From an uncultured Methanosarcinales archaeon (lineage in GTDB: Archaea; Nanobdellota; Nanobdellia; Woesearchaeales; ARS49): a DNA stretch of 64,000 nucleotides. The stretch is from assembly GCA_964353335.1 (NCBI GenBank), contig CAYGVI010000003.1, positions 419,694 through 483,693 of the forward strand, given 5' to 3'. Under the pieces are notes generated by a model. It was not told the origin of the DNA, did not search any database, and saw only the letters and a program-made list of their open reading frames with translations. The position numbers and the translations under genes are program-made. Below are positions 48,601 through 57,504 of the stretch, one piece after another (position 1 is the first letter of the stretch; every line of letters begins with the position of its first letter).

Positions 48601-49414
48601 GCCTGACGACCTTGTCGCGATTGTGCGCAACTGGGCATCAGCCCATCCTGTGAAGGCGCCAAGGGTCAATATCCCGAAAGGAGCGCGCTTTGAAAAAGTG
48701 CTGGAAGGCATGCGGGCAAGAATTGAGAAAAACAAGGCATATGATAATTTCAAGGAGCCACTGCTTGAAGCTTATGACGCGATGCTGCACGGCGGCGGTT
48801 ATGCAAAGCGCATCAATAACCTGAAGGAAGTTATCGGCAGTAATGCATGCGAACTGGTGAATACGCGAGCGAACCGCGAGCTCAGGACACTTGTCGCGGT
48901 AAGCAGGATGTATCTTGGCAGGACTTCATTTGCGAAGAACAATCCGAAGGAATATGCCCTGCTTTGCGAGCTCCAGTCAGGTCTGCCATTGGGCTATGTT
49001 GCCTCATTGTGGGACCAAATCCGCGCCATTGAAAATGACAAGGATGAGCTTGAGGGCAGGATTTCAAGGCTGCACGACGATTACAACTCAGCACGCTCAA
49101 TAGCAGACTACGCAGACAAAGCACTGTATGCTTCGACAGGGCTTTCTGGCAATGCAAAAATCAGGAAGCTTCAGTATGCGTGCAGGAACTACAGGGTGGC
49201 GCGCGAGGGTGTTCCATTTGATGCTGCAAAGCAGAACTGCTCTTTCAATATTGGAATGTGCCTTGCATTGATTGCAAGCGAAACGCACAATGAGGATAAG
49301 TTTGAGGAAGCACTAAGCGAGTTTAAGCTGGCGCCAAAGAGTGCTTCGAGAAAAGACTGGATGGATTATTGCAAAGGGGAGATTAAATTTGCGCCGGTCG
49401 CACGGGTGGCATAG
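45617..49414 (+). CDS. Large coiled-coil protein (1265 aa), possibly with a degenerate metallophosphoesterase-like N-terminus
   Basis: Long open frame, extensive heptad-rich centre. Confidence 0.7.
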   Translation: MPENAVFAVVNDANGDIDFLRNLFSKLPQAVSNETEKKLDLIALIGNTPGSQMSTEELKEFDERAWQLLCDEFNANREGWQKKKVMNAADLGSIYAVDPCGNPASKPFRHYIGAVDTGGIPVEGILVPRFRKFYRDLGEAMRTARGEGIKVKVMGNNIFQVEALSSDSYLDWQKVVINRLGITSSGLDEITDAADAPLLAYRSGKSIEEDEALKSTFFSDMKESGVIICNSNIPSKERLMTGERYMIIAGQKNPIAHGKIAIRESNYLPSKIFDEIAHKLPHSPVGVYVFDGRAGAHLQFVWHTETGAFQKASKHNFRLHEDADAEQTRNFSGERVPIRPPDADTPPPVPSSEPAHFSQPEAGQGTRPLALEARIQQLEGQLAAAEKIQGQLEDENEAIVSRSMRVIGKVKRWATERVAAAKKDADDADAYLMDHVDVFTLVKDLDGYVTEKHPEFKGKKPVERVLGYLKWFTGLGATIDELRAKAQEGLSSKARVSELEQQIGAKNQEFESIQSLYEQAVEPLAKRLKAICGGRIQAENPRDILEQVAGLVQSGEFEPESDDKLKQQYEAFERQRVGYEQSAAKIQEGHKKAREADKKEHDAEIERLTSEQVTQLNSRNDDVDSAREERDQEKEKALNLERTAERKQKEHAALEQRLETAATELEALRKGQPDAGELSKLRQGREADKQTYDTEIAAKQKEIDSHKTELETRRKKLEHADKMFGAVAKIIESVAPYLKTRFGNKLVETDPMKVLVEFKTKALKAGDEPGAGEIEKRIAEIEAQRAALEQENNKLKGDYATAQTSIGQVKNAAELQLTEVRKGYDEQLAVKVREYAALEQRRQTSEQKYGKAVEDRTDLEERLKKTREEHGKALGEQRTGFEKQLGDARKQYEADLKRAREEKGEPDTKLAAKVTELEQKLEKAGKDLAANRKKMQEAHAKALAEKDKSHTDALTRKDTQREAMETQYRREVGKKDQELQEKADEILRIRRNAAAPDDLVAIVRNWASAHPVKAPRVNIPKGARFEKVLEGMRARIEKNKAYDNFKEPLLEAYDAMLHGGGYAKRINNLKEVIGSNACELVNTRANRELRTLVAVSRMYLGRTSFAKNNPKEYALLCELQSGLPLGYVASLWDQIRAIENDKDELEGRISRLHDDYNSARSIADYADKALYASTGLSGNAKIRKLQYACRNYRVAREGVPFDAAKQNCSFNIGMCLALIASETHNEDKFEEALSEFKLAPKSASRKDWMDYCKGEIKFAPVARVA

Positions 49415-51638
49415 GCCTTCTTAGCACAGTTATTCCTGCAAGCGCATTGATGGCTGCATCAAGCTGGTCTGCAAGCCTGAGAAGCTTGTTTTTGACTGCA
49501 TCTGTGATTATCTGGCCTGACACCATCACTGTCTTTTTCTTTCTGAGAGTCTCAATAACTTCCTTGTTGATTGTTTCCTGCAGGTTCACAAGCACAGGCA
49601 GGACTGCTGTTTGCTCATATCTCTCAAACGTCTTGAGGTTTTGTTCCAGCTCCCTGAGTGTCCTTGATTCTGCAGGGCTGTTTTGCATCATTAGCCTTGT
49701 GCGGACATGCTCTGCTGCAGTGTGAATCTCATTGATTATTCTCTGTGAAACACTCGCAGCATCAATATCAAATCTTGCCTCTTCAACAGCCTTTTGTATT
49801 GCGTCCAAAAATGCCTGTTCTGATTTTGCGTCTATTGTCTTTTGGCCGCTCTTTCTCTTTACTGATTCTGCAAATACAATTCTGTTAATAACATCGCGCG
49901 TCTGGGCTGCGAGGCTGGCCAGGAGGCGCCTTTGTTTGTCGATGTTTCTAATTATCTCGTCAATTTCAGGAACAAGAACTACGGCTGCAGGCGGCTGGAC
50001 AGGGGCTGGCGCGCGCCTTCTGGCAGGTACCGGTGCTTGAACCCTTGCTGCAGGCGGCACAGCAACCCTTCCTGCGATTGCCGCTCTTCTCTCGTTAATT
50101 GCAGCCTGCAATGCCAAAATGCCGCTTTCAACAGCATCAAGTGCCTTTTTGACAAGCCCTTCGAAAATCTCTTTCCAGTGCTTTATCTCTGCCTGGATTT
50201 CCTTGACCTGCGCCGTGTTGAATGTGGATGCTGCAGTGAATGCCTGGCACTTGGCAGTTATCTGGCCCAGCTTGTTTTCAAGCCACTCAATCAGTTGAAT
50301 CACTTCGCGTCTGAGCGCCTCTGCCTCTTCTGGCGTTCTTGCCGCGCCTTCTTTTCTGATAAACGCCCTGATTGAATTTTTCATGGCATTAATGTCCACT
50401 TCATTTATGCTTTTTATCGCATCATCGTAAAGCGACTGCAGCTGCGCGTCTTTAAGCACAAGGAGGTGCTTTTCAAGGCGCAAAATTATATCATTTAATT
50501 GCTTCAATGAATTCTCAAGGATTTGGAGATCTCGCTTCAGGAGCGCAAGCTTCACAAGCAGTTCTGCCTGCTCAGGCCTTCCTGCAAATGTTTTTACTTC
50601 CTTCTCAATCGCTTCAACCATCTGCCCATACTGCACCATGGTGGTCCTGATTTCACTGTAATACTTCTTGAGAATTGCTTCTATCGCTGCTTTCAGGCCC
50701 ATTATCTTGGCAATGGCTGTCTTTTGTCCCTGTATTGCCTTGATTATTGATTCAATCCTTACAATAAGGTCAGTGATGTGCGCTTCTGTGTTCTTGGAGT
50801 CGCCCTGCTCAGCTGACTTGATTGCATTTTCCGCGTCTGCAATTGCAAGGTTCAATGCCTGCAGGATGTTTGCATTTCTGATATCAATATCATTGGTGGC
50901 ATTGCTTGCGGAATTGACATTCACATTGATGTTGTTAATATCCTGCCCAAGTCGTTCTCCAGGGTTTGGCGGAACAGGGGGTACAGGTCCTGGTGGTACG
51001 GGTGGAACAGGTTCTGGCGGGACAGGTTCAGGTGGAACTGGTTCTGGCGGTTCAGGTGGTCTTGGTTCTGGCGGGGTTGGTCTAGGTTCTGGTCCTGGTG
51101 CCCCTCTGAGCTTTGGCAAAAACAGCCAGAGTATGAACAAAAAGATGAGTATTGGCGCGAGAAGGGAGAGGAAGCCGAACAGGTTCCTTACTGTCTCGCT
51201 GTTTGATGTCACAAACCACGAGTCCATAATCATCCACGCCAGCAGTGCGCAGATTAGCCCTGCGACAAGCGGTGGAACATGGAGCTTTTTCAGCATGACG
51301 AAAAGTACTGCCCCAAGCAGGGCGGCAGATGCGACTGTTGTCAGCCAGTATTGGAACAAGGTTATTCCTGCTGCGCGCAGTGCGAACGCCGCAGAGGCGC
51401 CAAGGATGATTCCAAGGATTGCGCCGAACTTCCTGCCTGCGCCTTTCTTTCCTTCACCAACTCCGCCTTCGCCCCTTTCAAAAATCATAGAGCCGAGAGG
51501 CGCGAGAAGCGCAGCGAACAATCCGCAAAGGAGTATGAGGTCAACAAAGAAGCTGAATCCAGGGTTGCTGGCATACATTTGGGGGATGTCAGGCAAAGAA
51601 CTCATCAATGGTATGTTCTGGAGTCCTGCGCGTACCAT
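49383..51638 (-). CDS. Multi-TM membrane protein with Pro-rich hinge and long helical domain
   Basis: About five N-terminal TM helices, PPEP/PVPP repeats, coiled coil. Confidence 0.7.
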   Translation of the reverse strand: MVRAGLQNIPLMSSLPDIPQMYASNPGFSFFVDLILLCGLFAALLAPLGSMIFERGEGGVGEGKKGAGRKFGAILGIILGASAAFALRAAGITLFQYWLTTVASAALLGAVLFVMLKKLHVPPLVAGLICALLAWMIMDSWFVTSNSETVRNLFGFLSLLAPILIFLFILWLFLPKLRGAPGPEPRPTPPEPRPPEPPEPVPPEPVPPEPVPPVPPGPVPPVPPNPGERLGQDINNINVNVNSASNATNDIDIRNANILQALNLAIADAENAIKSAEQGDSKNTEAHITDLIVRIESIIKAIQGQKTAIAKIMGLKAAIEAILKKYYSEIRTTMVQYGQMVEAIEKEVKTFAGRPEQAELLVKLALLKRDLQILENSLKQLNDIILRLEKHLLVLKDAQLQSLYDDAIKSINEVDINAMKNSIRAFIRKEGAARTPEEAEALRREVIQLIEWLENKLGQITAKCQAFTAASTFNTAQVKEIQAEIKHWKEIFEGLVKKALDAVESGILALQAAINERRAAIAGRVAVPPAARVQAPVPARRRAPAPVQPPAAVVLVPEIDEIIRNIDKQRRLLASLAAQTRDVINRIVFAESVKRKSGQKTIDAKSEQAFLDAIQKAVEEARFDIDAASVSQRIINEIHTAAEHVRTRLMMQNSPAESRTLRELEQNLKTFERYEQTAVLPVLVNLQETINKEVIETLRKKKTVMVSGQIITDAVKNKLLRLADQLDAAINALAGITVLRRPMPPVRPAQI

Positions 51639-51769
51639 AGTCTGTCAACTCTTTTAGTCTGCGTTCGTCAACTGTGTATATAAATATTTTGGCGAATACC
51701 CTCTATATTGAGTAACCGAAAAGCTTATATAGTAGTATTCACTACGTAGTGACAACAAAGGTGATAACT

Positions 51770-52327
51770 ATGCCAAATCCACAACCAGTTCCCGTACAAG
51801 GGGGAGCGCCTCAGGGCGCACAGAATACTAATCCTCAGCAGTCCATACGCGATTATTTCGGGAGCCTTAGCCCTATGACAAGGCTTGCTGCCGGAACAAT
51901 TGCATTGATTGGCGCTGCTTACATGCTTACAGGACCATTTCCAAGGCACTTCTTTTACCGCAACCCGACTGCACAGGTACAAAGGGTTCAGGGAAAACAG
52001 GCTTCTGGCGATGAAGTTCAGAACACGCCTTACGCAATCAACAACAAGAACGAAATCCGCTTTATTGACGGTACTGTTGTTTCCTGCGATGATGTCGAGA
52101 CAGCATCACGCGCCGCAATCCAATACGACCTTGTAATTGACAATTTGCCGAAAACAAAAACGCTTTATGACCAGGCAAGGAGCGCAAAGCTTTCAATGTA
52201 TGAAGCTATAAAAGACGGCCACATTTCAAGGCAGGAAATGGGGCTGGCGCCGAAGCCGGTCAGCGAGGTTAAGCCTGCTGAGGCACAGTACGGCAAATGC
52301 ACAATCCACAAGACGAGAGGGGAATAA
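51770..52327 (+). CDS. Membrane-anchored hypothetical protein
   Basis: AGGTGA RBS, single TM helix. Confidence 0.6.
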   Translation: MPNPQPVPVQGGAPQGAQNTNPQQSIRDYFGSLSPMTRLAAGTIALIGAAYMLTGPFPRHFFYRNPTAQVQRVQGKQASGDEVQNTPYAINNKNEIRFIDGTVVSCDDVETASRAAIQYDLVIDNLPKTKTLYDQARSAKLSMYEAIKDGHISRQEMGLAPKPVSEVKPAEAQYGKCTIHKTRGE

Positions 52328-52328
52328 A

Positions 52329-52805
52329 ATGCCGCTTATTCAAAAGTTAAAAAATACAGCAGCCGCGGTTTGGAATCAGAAGAAAAAGGCAGCAATTGCC
52401 ACAGCCTGCGCTTTCACGATTTCAGTCTGTTACCATGGTTTTCCTGATACCATGGGCTACCTGTGGTATGCAGGCAAGGAAACAGCAAAGTTTGGCGCAG
52501 ACATTTTCTGGAATGGCGCCAAGCGTGTTTTTCCGAGCGGGGACAGCCGCAGTTACATCAAATTTGAATATGGCGGCAAGACATCCTGGTTGGACGTTCC
52601 TGCGCCTTATGCGGCAAGAATTGAGGAACTTGCCAACAAGTACCCACATGGTTCAGAGGTTCACCAGGTTATGTATGACACCGATAATGCTGACTCCAAG
52701 GCGGACGGGGTTGCAACCGCACTGAATATTGAGAACATCCTGCTTAACAAGTTGAATACTGACAAGACGCCAAGGGCGACGATACATAGGGAAAAACCCA
52801 AATAG
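52329..52805 (+). CDS. Hypothetical protein with N-terminal hydrophobic segment
   Basis: Starts 1 nt after the previous stop; GAGGGG RBS. Confidence 0.6.
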   Translation: MPLIQKLKNTAAAVWNQKKKAAIATACAFTISVCYHGFPDTMGYLWYAGKETAKFGADIFWNGAKRVFPSGDSRSYIKFEYGGKTSWLDVPAPYAARIEELANKYPHGSEVHQVMYDTDNADSKADGVATALNIENILLNKLNTDKTPRATIHREKPK

Positions 52806-52855
52806 GATTTTTTTCAAAGAAAACGTTTATATATTAGCATTTGCCCTGCGTAGTT

Positions 52856-53287
52856 ATGGCAGCAGCAACAGCGGCATTGATGGTTATTCCGCCAATTATC
52901 GCGGGCATTATTATCGGCATTTACGAGATTATTCTCCTGCACCGCGACGTCACTGTACCGACGCACAGGTTCGGGCACGGCATTCACGCTGTTGTTTTCG
53001 CAATCATTGCCTGCTTCGTGACAATGAACACGCCGTGGGTTTTGCAGAATTTCTCATTCCTTCAGGGCATACCGTACATGTCTGCAATAACGTTGCAGAT
53101 TATTGTCGGAATAATAACAATGGTCAAGATTCACGGAGTCAGCGCTGCAATCAAGACAAGTATGGGCGGAATGTCCCTTGGGCTTAGAGAGACCTGGTTC
53201 CACAGCGCAATGGTCGCTGCTCTTGTCGTCGCAGCGCCTTATGTCTGGCCTTTTGTGGCTCCTGTTCTGCCTTCTTGGGCTAAGTGA
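52856..53287 (+). CDS. Four-TM membrane protein
   Basis: Hydrophobic with several His; TTTATATA box upstream. Confidence 0.7.
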   Translation: MAAATAALMVIPPIIAGIIIGIYEIILLHRDVTVPTHRFGHGIHAVVFAIIACFVTMNTPWVLQNFSFLQGIPYMSAITLQIIVGIITMVKIHGVSAAIKTSMGGMSLGLRETWFHSAMVAALVVAAPYVWPFVAPVLPSWAK

Positions 53288-53329
53288 TAAAAATACCTGC
53301 TTTCTCTCACGTGTGTGGAGGGCTGCTTT

Positions 53330-54412
53330 ATGAACAAACAATACCGCGTTGGAATCATCGCCGCAACAGGCGCAGTCGGACAGAGGGCAATAGATTTTTT
53401 GATTGGACATCCTAATTTCAAGGTGACCCATCTCGCAGCATCAAAGGAATCGCCGAATTATGTTGAGGCTGTCAAGGAGCGCGGGTGGGGAATAATTGAG
53501 CACGATATCCCTGAAGATATCGCAAGGATGAAGGTTCACGACGCTAAAGATATCAGCTCTGCCATAGCAAACTGCGACTTTGTTTTCAGCACGCTTGACA
53601 CTGCGCCTGCAAAAGAGCTTGAGCCAGCATATGCTGAAGTGATGCCTGTTGTCTCAACATCTGCCGCATTCAGGTGGGATCCTTTTGTGCCTATGGTGAT
53701 TCCAGAGGTGAACTCCGAGCATTTGCAGGTTATTCCGCTGCAGCAGAAAAGATACAACTGGAAAGGCTGGATGGTTACAAAGCCAAACTGCAGCCTGCAG
53801 TCATATGTGCAGCTTTTCAAGCCTCTTATTGACAAAGGCTACCCTCCCAAGGCTATCGTGCTGGCAACACTCCAGGCGCTTAGCGGAGCAGGCCGCCCTG
53901 GTGAGTCTGCGATTGACTTTACTGACAACTGGCGGCCGTATATAGGCGGCGAAGAGGAAAAGACCACAAAAGAGCCGTTGAAAATCCTCGGCCATGTTAC
54001 AGCAGATGGAATAAAGAATTATGAAGGGCTTAAAATATCCGCAACCTGCACGAGGGTGAATGTTACAGAAGGACATGGCGCCCTAATGTGGTTTGATTTT
54101 GCTGACAAGAAGCCAGAGCTTGAGGAGATAATCTCTCTTTGGGAGAATTTCAGGGCGCTTCCGCAGCAGTACAATTTGCCTTCTGCGCCTGCAAAGCCGA
54201 TAATTTACCGCAGGGAAGCCACAAGGCCACAGCCAAAATATGACAGGGATACTGCCAAAGGAATGGTGCTCACTGTTGGCAGGCTGGAAAAGGACAGTGT
54301 ATTTGATTACAAGGCTGTCGGCTTGTCGCACAACACAAAGCGCGGAGCTGCAGGCGGTGCTGTCCTTACAGCAGAACTGCTCGCTGAGCTTGGATATTTT
54401 GACAAGAAGTAA
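53330..54412 (+). CDS. asd: Aspartate-semialdehyde dehydrogenase
   Basis: ATGAVGQR, IPEVN, PNCS, QALSGAG, RV.V.EGH, HNT.RGAAGG. Confidence 0.93.
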   Translation: MNKQYRVGIIAATGAVGQRAIDFLIGHPNFKVTHLAASKESPNYVEAVKERGWGIIEHDIPEDIARMKVHDAKDISSAIANCDFVFSTLDTAPAKELEPAYAEVMPVVSTSAAFRWDPFVPMVIPEVNSEHLQVIPLQQKRYNWKGWMVTKPNCSLQSYVQLFKPLIDKGYPPKAIVLATLQALSGAGRPGESAIDFTDNWRPYIGGEEEKTTKEPLKILGHVTADGIKNYEGLKISATCTRVNVTEGHGALMWFDFADKKPELEEIISLWENFRALPQQYNLPSAPAKPIIYRREATRPQPKYDRDTAKGMVLTVGRLEKDSVFDYKAVGLSHNTKRGAAGGAVLTAELLAELGYFDKK

Positions 54413-54420
54413 GAAAACAA

Positions 54421-54684
54421 TTATTCAATCTTGACTACTTCGCCGAGGCTTTGCCCTGGCATTCCTGTCTCGAAGATTGCCCTGACAGCTCCCTTGCCGC
54501 CGTGGATTGCAGCAATCTTTCCTTTCAGCTGCTTCTTGTTTTTGCCAGGGGATGTCCAGATTACTGTCTTTCCGACAAGGGCTTTTGCCTTGTCCTTGGT
54601 GTCAACAGTGTCGACAACAATTATCATGTGGTTTCCTCTCTTTCTTCGGAAAGTTCCCCTGAATGCACTTATTCTTGCTTCCAT
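54421..54684 (-). CDS. rpl35ae: 50S ribosomal protein L35Ae
   Basis: LVGK.V.W, GKI...HG.KGAVRA.F..G.PGQ.LG. Confidence 0.93.
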   Translation of the reverse strand: MEARISAFRGTFRRKRGNHMIIVVDTVDTKDKAKALVGKTVIWTSPGKNKKQLKGKIAAIHGGKGAVRAIFETGMPGQSLGEVVKIE

Positions 54685-54721
54685 AACATTGCAGAATTCA
54701 GGGTCTGTTTAAAAAGGTTGT

Positions 54722-54760
54722 GCAAGCAACCTTCGTCAGCTTTGCTGACCGCTAGCTTGC
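54722..54760. repeat. Short hairpin repeat B, copy 2
   Basis: GCAAGC-aaccttc-GTCAGC-ttt-GCTGAC-cgcta-GCTTGC. Confidence 0.75.
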
Positions 54761-55209
54761 TAGTATGACGACAGGGAAATCATTGTCTGGGTTTTGTCAA
54801 CGCCTGCCACATGGCGAAGCTTTCTGACGACAAATTCATTGAGCTCGTCAAGGTCTTTTGCGCGGACTTTTACAAGCATGTCTGCTCCGCCTGTGAGAAT
54901 GCTGACTTCCTCGACATCAGGCATTCCCCTGATTTCCTTTGCTGCGTCCTCCTGCTGGACTTTTCCTCCTGTCGGCAGGATGTATTCAAAAGAAACAAGG
55001 ATAAAAGCGAGGATTTGCTTGCCTGCTTTTCTCCAGTCAATGTCAGCAGTGTAGCGCCTGATTATGCCAAGCTGTTCGAGTTTTTTAATCCTGTTGTGCA
55101 CTGTTGTCGGCGGAAGCCCTGTTTCTTTCGCAAGGCTTTGCACTGACAGCTTGGAATTCTCCTTAATCAGTCTTAACAGCTTTTGGTCATTATTATCCAA
55201 TTTATTCAT
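54760..55209 (-). CDS. Lrp/AsnC-family transcriptional regulator
   Basis: LD..D..LL, LA...GL...TV..RIKKLE..GII, TG..D. Confidence 0.92.
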   Translation of the reverse strand: MNKLDNNDQKLLRLIKENSKLSVQSLAKETGLPPTTVHNRIKKLEQLGIIRRYTADIDWRKAGKQILAFILVSFEYILPTGGKVQQEDAAKEIRGMPDVEEVSILTGGADMLVKVRAKDLDELNEFVVRKLRHVAGVDKTQTMISLSSY

Positions 55210-55254
55210 AAAAATGGAATAATATTCCATATATTTAAAGATTTCGGAATATAA

Positions 55255-56436
55255 TCACAAATAATAAGTAAGGGTGGGAATGAGCAAACAGCCCATTGCG
55301 TGCGCCCTGCTCACTTTCAGCCATGGTGCAAGAAGCCCGAGCAAAGCACTTATTATCAAAATGCAAAGCCCGCGCCAGCCAACAAGGAAAGTGCACAATA
55401 CGACGAGAAAAAGCAAAATTGACGCGCTGAGCATGGGATAATTCACGCGCTCGACAAGCTCTGAAAATCCTTTTGCGCAGAGCAATGCGAGCACTGCTGC
55501 GATTAGCCCTGCTGCCAGTGCAACACCGCCGAGCAGCCATAAGTCATTTGAAGTTGTTTCAATCAATTGCTCCATCACTGCTATTGCGCCGTTCCTTGCC
55601 TTGCCCAAAACAACAAGCGTCACAAGCGATGACAAAAAGTCTGCTGTGTGCAGCCCTCCGACAAGCACAAGGTAAGAATGGCTTGATGACTTGAATATCG
55701 TCGTGGAAAGTGCTCCTGCGTGCCCTGGCCCAAGCCCTGGGAAAAGCGTCACAAGAGTTCCGCCCACGAGCCCGCCAAGGATTCCTTTTGCAGCCTCTTT
55801 TTTCTTCAGCCGCGCAAACCTGCCGATTTGGACAGGGATTTTTGTGTTCTCAAAAAGCGCCAGCGCCAAAGAGCTGGCTCCGAACAGCCCTGAGAGCAAT
55901 GGCAGCAAAGGCTGGCTGAGCTCGAGCTTTTTTAAGACAATAAAACCCAGCAAACCTGTTGCGCCGAACACAATTGCTGCCTTCCAGAAGTCCTTTCCTT
56001 CTTTCGCGATTAGCACGATTATCAGGGCAATAAGCAGCCATCCTATGAACGGCTTAAGCGCGCTGAAAAGTATTGGAAACGCCCATATTAACAATGGAAA
56101 TGCAGCAAGAGTCAGGACAAGGCAGCCTAATGCGCCGATTGTTGCAAACCTGACAGCATCATAGCCAAGCCCCTTGTGGAGCATTTTGTGGCCAGGCAGC
56201 ATTATAAGGGCAGAGCTGTCATCAGGAGCTCCGAGGAATATCGACGGCACAACCTCGACAAATGCGTGGGTTATGCCCATTGCCACGATAAAAACCGCAA
56301 TGTCTGTGTCTGCAAAATAGTCAAGCAGGTATGAGCTTCCTGCGAGTACAAGCGAGGCAATCAGGTTGATGTGGATGCCTGGCACAAGCCCTGCGATTAC
56401 GCCGAAGAAAATGCCAAGGATGAAGGCGGTTATCAT
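55255..56436 (-). CDS. TctA-family (tripartite tricarboxylate transporter) permease
   Basis: GLVPGIH.N, PSIFLGAPD, LPGH.M..G.G, LLPLLSGLFG. Confidence 0.8.
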   Translation of the reverse strand: MITAFILGIFFGVIAGLVPGIHINLIASLVLAGSSYLLDYFADTDIAVFIVAMGITHAFVEVVPSIFLGAPDDSSALIMLPGHKMLHKGLGYDAVRFATIGALGCLVLTLAAFPLLIWAFPILFSALKPFIGWLLIALIIVLIAKEGKDFWKAAIVFGATGLLGFIVLKKLELSQPLLPLLSGLFGASSLALALFENTKIPVQIGRFARLKKKEAAKGILGGLVGGTLVTLFPGLGPGHAGALSTTIFKSSSHSYLVLVGGLHTADFLSSLVTLVVLGKARNGAIAVMEQLIETTSNDLWLLGGVALAAGLIAAVLALLCAKGFSELVERVNYPMLSASILLFLVVLCTFLVGWRGLCILIISALLGLLAPWLKVSRAHAMGCLLIPTLTYYL

Positions 56437-56608
56437 TATTATTGTGCGGAAATTATTCCGGGTTTTCCGCAAGCTTTCCGACGACAGCCGCTTTGCCATG
56501 TTTTTGCGCTCTCGTCGGGACAGAACTAATCATGTTTTGATTCTTTATGTGCGTTTTGCTAAAGATTTTCGACGATATCGGAGATTTTCCGGCAGAATTG
56601 TTCCTATC

Positions 56609-56634
56609 TTGTAGCCACTAAATAGTGGCTACAA
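56609..56634. promoter_or_regulatory. Perfect inverted repeat, candidate operator
   Basis: TTGTAGCCACTA-AA-TAGTGGCTACAA next to a TTTATATA box, between divergent genes. Confidence 0.55.
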
Positions 56635-56759
56635 ACCGAAAGATTTATATAGGGGAAAATGCTATTTTACACGTATCGTGAGAGAAGCTTAAGATTTATA
56701 AGAAAGCTCATAAAGGTGTTATTAAAATGCAAGAATACCCGTCGCCACAAAGGAGAAGG

Positions 56760-57440
56760 ATGGCTTCTGAGACTGCAACAGTCATGTTTGTCGACCTGGT
56801 TGAATACACACGAACAACCACTGGTTTGACGCGCGAGCACATTGACCAGCTTCTCAACGCTTTTGAGACTTTGCCTATGCCTGTCCTTGAAAGGTATGGC
56901 GGAACCATTGTCAAGAAAATCGGCGACGCTTTGCTTATCACGTTCAAATCTCCAACAGACGCAGTCCTTTGCGGAATCGCATTGCAGCACACCTTCAAGC
57001 GCTACAATGTCACAAACAGGCTCAGGCACCCGTTGCGCATACGTGTCGCAATCCACTCAGGAGAGGTTTTGAAGCGCGACAATGACGTTTTCGGCGACGC
57101 TGTCAACACAGCCTCGCGCATTGAGTCTCTTTCAAAGCCAGGGCAGGTTGTTTTCAGCGACGCTGTCTTCTCGGCTATGAACAAGAATGAGGTTCCTTTT
57201 GTCCAGCTTGGCTGGCAGCAGCTCAGGGGAGTCAAGTACCCGATAAGGCTGTTCCGCGTCAAGACGCGGGAAGATGAGGTAACGCAGCGCAGGCAGATGA
57301 TAAAGGGCTACATAAGAAGGATAATTGCAATAATCATTGTTGTCGGATTGCTTGCACTGATAGGACACTACCTCTGGCTCAACTTCGGGCTTTCCCAGCA
57401 GATGCAGGAGACTATTGAGAATCTTACGTCTATAGGCTGA
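56760..57440 (+). CDS. Class III adenylate/guanylate cyclase with C-terminal TM helix
   Basis: MFVDLVEYT, VKKIGDA, RVAIHSG, DVFGDAVNTASRIE. Confidence 0.9.
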   Translation: MASETATVMFVDLVEYTRTTTGLTREHIDQLLNAFETLPMPVLERYGGTIVKKIGDALLITFKSPTDAVLCGIALQHTFKRYNVTNRLRHPLRIRVAIHSGEVLKRDNDVFGDAVNTASRIESLSKPGQVVFSDAVFSAMNKNEVPFVQLGWQQLRGVKYPIRLFRVKTREDEVTQRRQMIKGYIRRIIAIIIVVGLLALIGHYLWLNFGLSQQMQETIENLTSIG

Positions 57441-57504
57441 GCCCCACTGGACATTCTAATCTCTTTGCATAAAGCATATAAATGACTGTTTTGGACACAG
57501 TCAT

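Noticed and set aside
45617..49414. SMC/Rad50 or tape-measure protein
   Set aside because: No Walker A/B or ABC signature, and no phage structural genes nearby.
50668..51657. 329-aa Gly-rich ORF on +
   Set aside because: Antisense shadow of the Pro-rich membrane protein gene.
56609..56634. dif/Xer site
   Set aside because: Lacks the TAA-N6-TTA core typical of dif sites, and no xer gene is in the window.
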